Shown: piece after piece, positions 37,017 through 44,436 of the stretch | Position numbering within the stretch: position 1 is the stretch's first letter | Layout: each line of letters opens with the position of its first letter | Virus record (IMG/VR): IMGVR_UViG_3300026518_000006 | Location: 1 to 64,000 of that record | Reading direction: 5' to 3' (one strand) | DNA length: 64,000 nucleotides | Translations under genes and position numbers: made by a program | The notes under the pieces: generated by a model | Seen by the model: only the letters and a program-made list of their open reading frames with translations | Told to the model about the DNA's origin: nothing | The model's database searches: none

Positions 37017-37865
37017 ATGACATTCAAAGACCTCTATGGAGACAAATCAAATGAAGTCTATTATGGAAACCTTGATATCTCTGATAAAGGATTAACTTCA
37101 TTGGAAGGTTGTTATAAAAGAGTTGAGGGCGATTTTAATTGTAGTTATAACCAAATAACTTCATTCAAGTATTGTCCTGATATTAGTGGTGACTTTTATT
37201 GTGGTTATAATCAGATAACCTCATTTGAGTTTTGTCCTGATGTTGAGGGCAATTTTTATTGTAGTAGAAACAAAATAACTTCATTTGAGTTTTGCCCTGA
37301 TGTTAAGGGCGATTTTGATTGTAGGGGAAACAAAATAACTTCATTTAAATACTGTCCTGATGTTGAGGGTAATTTTTATTGTAGTTATAACAAAATAACT
37401 TCATTTAAGTTTTGTCCTGATATTAAGGGGAATTTTTATTGCAGTTATAATCAGATAACTTCATTCAAATGCTGTCCTGATATTAGTGGTGACTTTTATT
37501 GTGGTTATAATCAAATAACTTCATTTGAGTTTTGTCATGATATTAACGGTGTCTTTAATTGTAATGGTAATCAAATAGCTTCATTTAAATACTGTCCTGA
37601 TATTAAGGGGGATTTTTATTGTTATAATAACAAAATAGATTCCTTTAAGTATTGTCCTGATGTTAAAGGTGATATTAATTGTAGTGATAATCAAATAGCT
37701 TCATTTAAATACTGTCCTGATATTAAGGGTAATTTTAATTGTAATCATAATCAAATAACCTCATTTGAAAACAAATACTATTACCCTAATGTAGAGTTAG
37801 ACGAAGACATCAAAAAACGCTATGTTGAGTTCGGTAAAAAACACTTTCCTCAGTATTTCATATAG
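37017..37865 (+). CDS. leucine-rich-repeat protein 3 (10 x 20-aa modules), tag PQYFI
   Basis: 282 aa = 45 + 10x20 + 37. Confidence 0.9.
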   Translation: MTFKDLYGDKSNEVYYGNLDISDKGLTSLEGCYKRVEGDFNCSYNQITSFKYCPDISGDFYCGYNQITSFEFCPDVEGNFYCSRNKITSFEFCPDVKGDFDCRGNKITSFKYCPDVEGNFYCSYNKITSFKFCPDIKGNFYCSYNQITSFKCCPDISGDFYCGYNQITSFEFCHDINGVFNCNGNQIASFKYCPDIKGDFYCYNNKIDSFKYCPDVKGDINCSDNQIASFKYCPDIKGNFNCNHNQITSFENKYYYPNVELDEDIKKRYVEFGKKHFPQYFI

Positions 37866-37874
37866 CTCTTCAAG

Positions 37875-37998
37875 AGATTTTACTTTTTCAAAAAGTAAAA
37901 TATTCAAAAGTCCTCAAAAAAATACTCAAAAATCTCTAAAACTACTTGACTTCTATTAAAGATTATTGTATAATTAGGTATCTTAAAAATAAAGGCTT
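37875..37998 (+). promoter_or_regulatory. dispersed cassette: palindrome + early promoter
   Basis: Palindrome 37875-903; TTGACT 37946-51; TATAAT 37969-74. Confidence 0.9.
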
Positions 37999-38001
37999 TC
38001 T

Positions 38002-38304
38002 ATGGATATTGAAAACAAACTCCTGAACTACATCGATGCTCTCAATGAACTTAATGAAATTCAAGAGTGTGATTATGTTTTTAAGCTGACTATCAACAAA
38101 TCTTATGCTAGAATCTCAAAGGTAGACAATTATGGAAAAGGTCAAGAAAGTGCTTACGCTTTTGTAACTCTGACCAATAAGAAGTTTCCTGTGGGTAGTA
38201 TTTTGAAACCCGCTAGTTGGAAAACCCCTGCCCTGAACTTTGTGAGAGGTAGTATTATGGGAACTCATAAAGAGTACAATCTTAAAAGTGTTTTTGGGTT
38301 ATAA
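38002..38304 (+). CDS. conserved T4-like phage hypothetical protein
   Basis: SAYAFV...GSILKPASWKTPA...RGSI motif. Confidence 0.7.
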   Translation: MDIENKLLNYIDALNELNEIQECDYVFKLTINKSYARISKVDNYGKGQESAYAFVTLTNKKFPVGSILKPASWKTPALNFVRGSIMGTHKEYNLKSVFGL

Positions 38305-38340
38305 TATAAATAAACAAACCAATATTAATAAGGATAAATT

Positions 38341-38745
38341 ATGAGTTTTAGAGAAGTTTTTGTATGTGAGTCAACAAATGTGAATATATCGCGTTTTAAA
38401 AATAGTGATGAATATTATATGGATGTTAATACAACATCATTAGAAAAAATGTTAAAAGACAAATTGTTTAATAAAGTTATATCTATATTATTTAAAACAA
38501 AAAATTTTTATTCAGATATAAATGATGAGTATTTAAGAATTGATGACGGTATTGTTGTTGATGGAAAAAAAATAACAAATATATACTTTAAAAACAAAAA
38601 TGTAAAAAACGAAGTGGTTAATATTTTAATTCATCAGAATCTTGAATACGGTATTAGAAAAATATATGGGGATATTTCTATGACAAAAATAAAAAATACA
38701 AAAGAATATAAACAAAATGCAAACCTTGTAGATAAAATAAAATAA
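38341..38745 (+). CDS. putative internal head protein (MSFREVFVCE)
   Basis: TATAAATA at 38305-12. Confidence 0.55.
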   Translation: MSFREVFVCESTNVNISRFKNSDEYYMDVNTTSLEKMLKDKLFNKVISILFKTKNFYSDINDEYLRIDDGIVVDGKKITNIYFKNKNVKNEVVNILIHQNLEYGIRKIYGDISMTKIKNTKEYKQNANLVDKIK

Positions 38746-38858
38746 AATACTGAGCACATTAAAAAGTTTATGTTAAAAAATAACATAAGTAGAAGTAGAA
38801 GTAGAAGTAGAAATATAAATAATGTTGTTGTAACAAATAATATTAATAAGGATAAATT

Positions 38859-39101
38859 ATGTTTAGAGAAATGTTTATTGAGAGTAATCTTAAAGATATT
38901 CAAGAGGGAAAAGGTGTCGATAACTTAATTCGCATTATGGATGGTTGGTTAAAACAAGGATGGAGCTTAAAAGATATATATGATGAGGTATTGAAATTTT
39001 TAGGCAAAGAGGACGGAGACTTAATTTTCTACAAATTTGTGCACACTCACAAAAACAACAAAAAGTTTATGAAGGAATTTAACAGAACCATATTTAATTA
39101 A
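38859..39101 (+). CDS. putative internal head protein (MFREMFIE)
   Basis: TATAAATA at 38814-21. Confidence 0.55.
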   Translation: MFREMFIESNLKDIQEGKGVDNLIRIMDGWLKQGWSLKDIYDEVLKFLGKEDGDLIFYKFVHTHKNNKKFMKEFNRTIFN

Positions 39102-39147
39102 AGCTACATTTAAGTATAGCCATATATACTCACAAAAAAGGGTATAT

Positions 39148-39609
39148 ATGGCTTCTCACAAAACAGGCAATTACAACTTCAATCAAGATTTACAAATAGC
39201 CCAAAAAACAGAGAAAGAAATCTCTGAACTCTTAGAGCAACACAATTTCAAAACTATCAAATTTAATAATGATAATCAATACGATTTACTTGTTGAGAAA
39301 AACAACATAAAATATAAAATCGAAATCAAAGAAGATTTTCAATGTGGAACCACAGGCAATGTGGCTGTTGAGTATCAAAGCAGAGGAAAACTAAGTGGAA
39401 TATTTACTTCCAAAAGTGATATATACATTTACAAAATGCACCTCAATCCCACTCAATATTTTATAATGACAAAACAAAATTTATTAAAAATAATTAAAGA
39501 AAAGAAATACTTTAAAATAGTTAATGGTGGTGATTACGGAAGCAATACAATGATGTATTTATTTAAGGTGAAAGAATTGGCTGATATATCAGTAGTTATA
39601 AATAAATAA
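39148..39609 (+). CDS. PD-(D/E)xK nuclease-like protein
   Basis: YDLLV...IEIKED..TTGNVAVE. Confidence 0.7.
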   Translation: MASHKTGNYNFNQDLQIAQKTEKEISELLEQHNFKTIKFNNDNQYDLLVEKNNIKYKIEIKEDFQCGTTGNVAVEYQSRGKLSGIFTSKSDIYIYKMHLNPTQYFIMTKQNLLKIIKEKKYFKIVNGGDYGSNTMMYLFKVKELADISVVINK

Positions 39610-39664
39610 AAAATTAATCTTATTATATTTAAGGATAAATTAAGAATTTGTAGGTTATAATACG

Positions 39665-39865
39665 ACTATCAAGGGTTTTAGAAAAGTGGCAAAGTTGCAA
39701 TATAGCCCGTAAGGGCACTTTGTCCCCCTTGTGGATTGTGTTGGTTTCTTCCATTCCCCGCACAATTCTTTTTCAATCCTTTTGTTTGTGCGTTCCCTTT
39801 CTTTCGCACATTCTTGGTTAATACCTCTCTTTTGATGTGGGTGTGTTTACCAGTGCACACCCATT
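39665..39865 (+). ncRNA. candidate structured non-coding RNA
   Basis: TATAAT 39656-61; nested stems CAAAGT/ACTTTG around GCCC-GTAA-GGGC; GGGTGTG/CACACCC; GC-rich; no convincing ORF. Confidence 0.4.
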
Positions 39866-39976
39866 ATCTGAAAAGATAAAAGGTAAATTATAAATAATAA
39901 CAATATTATTCAGCATCTCTACGGAGTGCTGATAGTGTTGTTAAACACAAAAGATTAAATACTCAAGGAGATAGTG

Positions 39977-40099
39977 ATGTATGCAGGTGCTATATATGAC
40001 AACATTGTTGCAAACAATACCACCATAGATAATACTATACAGAATTATATCCAAACTCAAGATATCCAAACGGATATTGAAAACGAGTATATCTTCTAA
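39977..40099 (+). CDS. 40-aa hypothetical peptide
   Basis: AAGGAG RBS; MYAGAIYD...ENEYIF; TATAAATA at 39889-96. Confidence 0.45.
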   Translation: MYAGAIYDNIVANNTTIDNTIQNYIQTQDIQTDIENEYIF

Positions 40100-40108
40100 G
40101 TGACCTAT

Positions 40109-40138
40109 TTCAAAGGTCGCTTAAAAGTGACCTTTGAA
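40109..40138 (+). terminator. strong hairpin upstream of tRNA-Asn
   Basis: TTCAAAGGTCGC-TTAAAA-GTGACCTTTGAA. Confidence 0.5.
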
Positions 40139-40176
40139 TGGGCTCCCCCTCACTTCAAATCTCACTTTTAAACTAT

Positions 40177-40252
40177 TCCGCAGTAGTCAAATGGTAAGGA
40201 CGGCAAGCTGTTAACTTGTGCGATATTGGAGCGTAACCAATCTACGGAGCCA
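40177..40252 (+). tRNA. tRNA-Asn (GTT), atypical T-loop
   Basis: Anticodon arm GCAAG-CTGTTAA-CTTGT; T-loop AGCGTAA; CCA end. Confidence 0.85.
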
Positions 40253-40313
40253 TTAAATTATAACTGTTAATTAAAATATCTATTTCTTATAAATAATCCA
40301 AAAGGCTTAACAG

Positions 40314-41003
40314 TTGGATTATTTAAGAATGTATAATATTATTATAGAAAATAGGTTGTCAAATCCTTACCAAGGATATGTAGAAAAGCACCATATTAAA
40401 CCAAAGAGTTTAGGTGGGGATAATTCTAAATCAAATTTGGTGTCATTGACAGCAAGAGAGCATTTCATATGTCATTTTTTATTAACTAAAATATACAAAA
40501 AAGGAAGTAATGAGTGGTATAAAATGACTCGTGCTTTTATGATGATGAAAATGTCATCATTAAACCAAAATAGATATTTTAATTCACACTTATATGAAAC
40601 CAAAAGAGAAGACTTTAGTTTGGTTATGAGTACCAATCAAAAAGGTAAAGGCAACTCTCAATATGGTACTATGTGGATTTACAACTTAGAGCTTGATGAA
40701 GTTCTAAAAATTAAAAAAGAAGACTTTCCTAAATACAAAGATTTGGGTTGGCTGAGAGGTCGTAAAAACAAAAGTGAAGTCAAAAAAACTCTCATTAAAA
40801 AAGAGGATAAACAAAAAGCTTCACAAGCAAAAAAAGAAGAAAAGAAATTGTTATATAGTGAGTATTATTCTATATACAAAGAAGTTGGTTTTGAAAAATT
40901 TGTTGAGATAACAAAATATGATAAATCTAAACAAAATTTAGTACAAATGTTTTCAAAATGGGTTCAAGAATTTGTTCCTCAAAATGGAAAACGAAGATGT
41001 TAG
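40314..41003 (+). CDS. free-standing HNH homing endonuclease (Mob-like)
   Basis: EKHHIKPKSLGGDN..NLV.LTAREHFICH; NSQYGTMWI; TATAAATA at 40288-95. Confidence 0.9.
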   Translation: MDYLRMYNIIIENRLSNPYQGYVEKHHIKPKSLGGDNSKSNLVSLTAREHFICHFLLTKIYKKGSNEWYKMTRAFMMMKMSSLNQNRYFNSHLYETKREDFSLVMSTNQKGKGNSQYGTMWIYNLELDEVLKIKKEDFPKYKDLGWLRGRKNKSEVKKTLIKKEDKQKASQAKKEEKKLLYSEYYSIYKEVGFEKFVEITKYDKSKQNLVQMFSKWVQEFVPQNGKRRC

Positions 41004-41077
41004 GCTCCATCATCTAATGGTTAGGATGTTGGCTTTTCAAGCCAGTCATATGGGTTCAAATCCCGTTGGAGTCACCA
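41003..41077 (+). tRNA. tRNA-Glu (TTC)
   Basis: Cloverleaf GGCTCCA/TGGAGTC; CCA end. Confidence 0.9.
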
Positions 41078-41082
41078 TTTAT

Positions 41083-41157
41083 AGCGGGGTGTAGCAGTGG
41101 TAGCTTGCAAGGCTCATACCCTTGATGTCGGTGGTTCAAATCCACCCCCCGAAACCA
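41083..41157 (+). tRNA. tRNA-Met (CAT), initiator-like with unpaired acceptor top
   Basis: CAAGG-CTCATAC-CCTTG; mismatches at 1:72 and 2:71. Confidence 0.8.
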
Positions 41158-41250
41158 CACTGAATGAAGCGTGTAGCTATAGGAATTTGTGGGAGATAAA
41201 AGTATTATCATTACACCACATTGAACGAATACGCCTGTTCGGTATTTTTT

Positions 41251-41335
41251 GAGGAGTTGGGTGAACGGTTAAACCATCAGACTGTAAATCTGACGCTTTT
41301 TAGCATTCTTGGTTCAAATCCAAGGCTCCTCACCA
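41251..41335 (+). tRNA. tRNA-Tyr (GTA)
   Basis: Long variable arm; TCAGA-CTGTAAA-TCTGA. Confidence 0.9.
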
Positions 41336-41343
41336 TTATTTTT

Positions 41344-41420
41344 GGAGCTGTAGTTCAGTTGGTTAGAACGCTTGCCTGTCACGCAAGAGGTCGTGGGTTC
41401 GAGTCCCATCAGCTTCGCCA
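41344..41420 (+). tRNA. tRNA-Asp (GTC)
   Basis: Canonical cloverleaf; CCA end. Confidence 0.95.
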
Positions 41421-41486
41421 TAAAAGATATATTTGGGTGGTTCCTTAAAAATAAAGTGGAGTGATGGGCAACACCCATCACATTAT

Positions 41487-41564
41487 TGTGGACTAACTCA
41501 ATTTGGTTAGAGTGCTCGACTGATAATCGGGTGGTTACAGGTTCAAGTCCTGTGTCCACAACCA
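41487..41564 (+). tRNA. tRNA-Ile (GAT)
   Basis: TGTGGAC/GTCCACA; CTGATAA loop. Confidence 0.9.
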
Positions 41565-41577
41565 ATAAGGAATTATT

Positions 41578-41781
41578 ATGAATGAAAGGCATATATTGAA
41601 GCGTATGGTTAATAAAAACCAAATACCTTTAAAAGAATGTTATTCGTTATTGATTAACAATCCAATAAAGAGTAAGTTAACAAGACAGTCTGAATATTTG
41701 CACGACAATTTCTATAAAGATGAGATTTCTAATCTTTGTCACATATATTTAAAGCCTGAATTAAGCAAATATAGACTATAA
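41578..41781 (+). CDS. hypothetical protein within the tRNA cluster
   Basis: 67 aa; AAGGA RBS. Confidence 0.55.
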   Translation: MNERHILKRMVNKNQIPLKECYSLLINNPIKSKLTRQSEYLHDNFYKDEISNLCHIYLKPELSKYRL

Positions 41782-41805
41782 TAACATATATTAAAATTAT
41801 TAGTT

Positions 41806-41881
41806 GCTACATTAGCTCAATTGGTAGAGCACCTGATTTGTAATCAGGAGGTTACAAGTTCGATTCTTGTATGTAGCTCCA
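41806..41881 (+). tRNA. tRNA-Thr (TGT)
   Basis: Canonical cloverleaf; CCA end. Confidence 0.95.
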
Positions 41882-41889
41882 TATTTTAA

Positions 41890-41934
41890 TGGGCTGTAGT
41901 GTAATTGGTAACGCAAACTGGTTTTGCTACAGTT
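41890..41934 (+). pseudogene. 5' half of a tRNA, probably Gln (TTG)
   Basis: Acceptor 5' strand, D-arm and anticodon-like arm present; no T-arm or 3' strand. Confidence 0.6.
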
Positions 41935-41984
41935 ATTTCAAAATTTAATATATTTACGATATAATTAAATAAAAAAGAAATAAA

Positions 41985-42464
41985 ATGAAAGTCAATTGTG
42001 CTACCTGTAATAAAGAAATAAATAGAAAACCAAGTTATGTTAAAAAACATAAACCATATTGTTCACAAAAGTGTCGTAAACAATCAATGTTAAAAGGCAA
42101 TATGATAAAATGTGAAACTTGTGGCAAAGAAGTATGGAAAACACCAACAGATATTAAAAAAGCAAAAAATGGAAAATTATTTTGCAGTCATTCTTGTTCA
42201 GCAAAATATTCAAATAAACAAAGGGGGAGAAATAGATATAACCATAGGGAAATAGCATTTTCAAATTTCGAACACAAATGTGATATATGTGGATATAACA
42301 AAATTATAGATATATTACAAGTACATCACATAAATAGAAACAGAAGAGATAATTCTATTAAAAATTTGCAAATATTATGTCCAAATTGTCATAATGAAAT
42401 TCATTATAAAGATAATGATGGATTGTTTTGGAATAATAAAAAAAAAACAAAGATTGTCCCATAG
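41985..42464 (+). CDS. HNH endonuclease with N-terminal zinc fingers
   Basis: CxxC...CSxxC twice; CDICG..VHHINRNRRDN..NLQILCPNCH. Confidence 0.9.
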   Translation: MKVNCATCNKEINRKPSYVKKHKPYCSQKCRKQSMLKGNMIKCETCGKEVWKTPTDIKKAKNGKLFCSHSCSAKYSNKQRGRNRYNHREIAFSNFEHKCDICGYNKIIDILQVHHINRNRRDNSIKNLQILCPNCHNEIHYKDNDGLFWNNKKKTKIVP

Positions 42465-42530
42465 TATAATTGGCATTACGCCTGATTTTGGCTCAGGAGA
42501 TTTCAGGTTCGAATCCTGATGGGACATCCA
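42455..42530 (+). tRNA. tRNA-Gln (TTG), overlapping the HNH stop codon
   Basis: TGTCCCA/TGGGACA; CCTGA-TTTTGGC-TCAGG. Confidence 0.9.
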
Positions 42531-42569
42531 TTATATAAAATACCTATAAGCATTATCAGTGGTAGGCAT

Positions 42570-42601
42570 TATCGAAGGTTCGAGTCCTACTTGTGGAGCC
42601 A
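42570..42601 (+). pseudogene. 3' fragment of a tRNA
   Basis: AGGTTCGAGTCCT...TGTGGAGCCA; no 5' half. Confidence 0.55.
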
Positions 42602-42690
42602 TTTATAATATGAGGTGTGCCATCATTGGAAAGATGACTGCCCTATATTCGCTTTACCACGCTGAACGAATACGCTTATTCGGTAAATAA

Positions 42691-42776
42691 GGGCAGTTGC
42701 TCCGAATGGAAAAGGAAAGCGGCTCATAACCGCTCGCAATGTGCTTTGAGAGGTTCGATTCCTCCACTGCCCACCA
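42691..42776 (+). tRNA. tRNA with CAT anticodon and long variable arm (86 nt)
   Basis: GGGCAGT/ACTGCCC; AGCGG-CTCATAA-CCGCT; 14-nt variable region. Confidence 0.8.
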
Positions 42777-42778
42777 TA

Positions 42779-42816
42779 CTCATAACCTATAGGTTCGAGT
42801 CCTATCACATCCACCA
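42779..42816 (+). pseudogene. 3' fragment of a CAT tRNA
   Basis: CTCATAA loop remnant, T-arm ATAGG-TTCGAGT-CCTAT, CACATCC-ACCA. Confidence 0.55.
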
Positions 42817-42914
42817 ACCTTCATATTAACCCCAACTTTTTTTTAATATTAATATAAGAAAATAAATGTATAATCATTTAATTTCTAAGTTAATTTCTAA
42901 ATAAGGGTTGTGTA

Positions 42915-43697
42915 GTGTCAAATAAAATAGAACTAGATAAGTATTATACACCAAAAGATACAGCTTTGTATTGTACAAACAAAACAAAAGAGATTGTACC
43001 TGATATTTCTGAGTTTATAGAGCCTAGTGCAGGAAATGGAAGTTTTAGTTCCCAAATTGTTAACTGTATAGCCTATGATATAGCTCCTGAAGCTGATGGT
43101 ATAATTAAACAAGACTTTTTAGAACTTGATATTGAATATAAACCAAAAAGATGTGTTATAGGCAATCCACCTTTTGGAAGCAGATTAAATTTAGCTCAAA
43201 AATTCTTCAAAAAATCTATCGAAATTGCAGATTATATAGCTTTCATTTTACCTATTAGTCAGCTCCAAAATACAAACTCTTTGTATGAGTTTGATTTAAT
43301 ACATAGTGAAGATTTGGGTAAAATTCACTACTCTGATAGAAATTTGCACTGCTGTTTTAATATATATAAAAGACCCAAAAACGGGCTTAATAAAAAGAAA
43401 CCAAATAAACTTAAAACAGTCGAAATAGTACGACAAGATAGCAAAAAATATCCCGATTTTAAGGCGGATATTGTGATGTGCTATTGGGGGAACGGTAGTG
43501 CAGGTAAAATATTGAAAGAGAACGAAACTTACAGTGCAATGTATAAAATAAAGGTCGCTGATGAGTTCAAAGATGATGTGAAAAGAGTTTTAAGTGAAGT
43601 AGATTGGTTCAAAGAATTGAACTGTATAGCTATGTTGAAAATTCAACAGTTTCATATTATTAATGTGCTTAAAAAACATATCCCGAATATTTACTAA
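42915..43697 (+). CDS. DNA adenine methyltransferase (NPPF)
   Basis: DKYYTP, IEPSAGNGSF, VIGNPPFG. Confidence 0.85.
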   Translation: MSNKIELDKYYTPKDTALYCTNKTKEIVPDISEFIEPSAGNGSFSSQIVNCIAYDIAPEADGIIKQDFLELDIEYKPKRCVIGNPPFGSRLNLAQKFFKKSIEIADYIAFILPISQLQNTNSLYEFDLIHSEDLGKIHYSDRNLHCCFNIYKRPKNGLNKKKPNKLKTVEIVRQDSKKYPDFKADIVMCYWGNGSAGKILKENETYSAMYKIKVADEFKDDVKRVLSEVDWFKELNCIAMLKIQQFHIINVLKKHIPNIY

Positions 43698-43708
43698 AAA
43701 GATTTCAT

Positions 43709-44233
43709 ATGAGTCATACAGAAAAACCTGAAATACCGTTAAAATATTGTCAAATGTGTGAGCAATATTTACCAAGAGAGGCTTTTAGAAGGTATAGTTG
43801 GACAAAAGCAAAATATTGTAAAAAATGCAGAGAGCACCACCAAATTATATTGAATTATAAAAATAAACAAAGAAAAGAAGAACAAGATAGACAAAAAAAA
43901 GAAGCTGATTTATATTATAAACGAGAGAAAAGTTCAAAATTTTCTATATTAACAGAAATAGAAAAATTAGCTCTACATTATAATCAGATTGAATCATTAA
44001 AACGCTTAGACAATAATAAATTTTATACTAAAGATGAGCTTAGTAAATTAATATTCCCTTTCAACATCCAACCAAAAAAAATAAATAATATGCTTTATTT
44101 TCTACAAAAAATAGGGTATTTAAGATATAGAAAGATTAACACAAAAATAGTTCAATACAACATTATAATGTACAACAATAAAGATGAACCTGATTTAAGC
44201 TTTTGGTCATTAGTTAAAAGAGAGTTATTATAA
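43709..44233 (+). CDS. putative zinc-binding DNA-binding protein
   Basis: KYCQMCEQY...YCKKCR; C-terminal wHTH-like pattern. Confidence 0.55.
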   Translation: MSHTEKPEIPLKYCQMCEQYLPREAFRRYSWTKAKYCKKCREHHQIILNYKNKQRKEEQDRQKKEADLYYKREKSSKFSILTEIEKLALHYNQIESLKRLDNNKFYTKDELSKLIFPFNIQPKKINNMLYFLQKIGYLRYRKINTKIVQYNIIMYNNKDEPDLSFWSLVKRELL

Positions 44234-44253
44234 CAAATATTATAGGAGATATT

Positions 44254-44436
44254 ATGAAACAACCAACAATAAACGACATTCACAGTTACACTATATTCGC
44301 CAATATTGACAAACGAAATGGTAAAATAGAAGGACACCAAATGTATCTTACTCAACTTCAAATGGAGGCTATTGAGCAGATTATTTTAAGTGATAAGATA
44401 AAAGTGGATGAAAACCCAAGTTATGAGGTTGAATAA
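44254..44436 (+). CDS. hypothetical protein
   Basis: 60 aa; AGGAG RBS. Confidence 0.6.
   Translation: MKQPTINDIHSYTIFANIDKRNGKIEGHQMYLTQLQMEAIEQIILSDKIKVDENPSYEVE

Noticed and set aside
12845-37865. 60-bp repeats as CRISPR arrays
   Set aside because: They are contiguous in-frame coding repeats with no unique spacers, and no cas genes are present.
12845-37865. Diversity-generating retroelement behind LRR variation
   Set aside because: No reverse transcriptase or template repeat in the window; variation is modular and not confined to adenines.
38787-38812. AGAAGT microsatellite (about 4 units) next to a late promoter
   Set aside because: Short and simple with no supporting context; most likely slippage.
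39148-39609. PD-(D/E)xK gene as the restriction partner of a methyltransferase
   Set aside because: It is not adjacent to any methyltransferase and is small; no evidence of a complete restriction-modification pair.
39678-39860. Minus-strand 60-aa ORF, and a CCCH-finger-like string (LCGEW...CPYGLYCNFA) in another minus frame
   Set aside because: The listed ORF has no RBS; the zinc-finger-like frame has no start and lacks the His; plus-strand tetraloops explain the region better.
41890-42816. Split or trans-spliced tRNA from the 5' half and the two 3' halves
   Set aside because: The 5' acceptor strand TGGGCTG is not complementary to either 3' strand (TTGTGGA, CACATCC).
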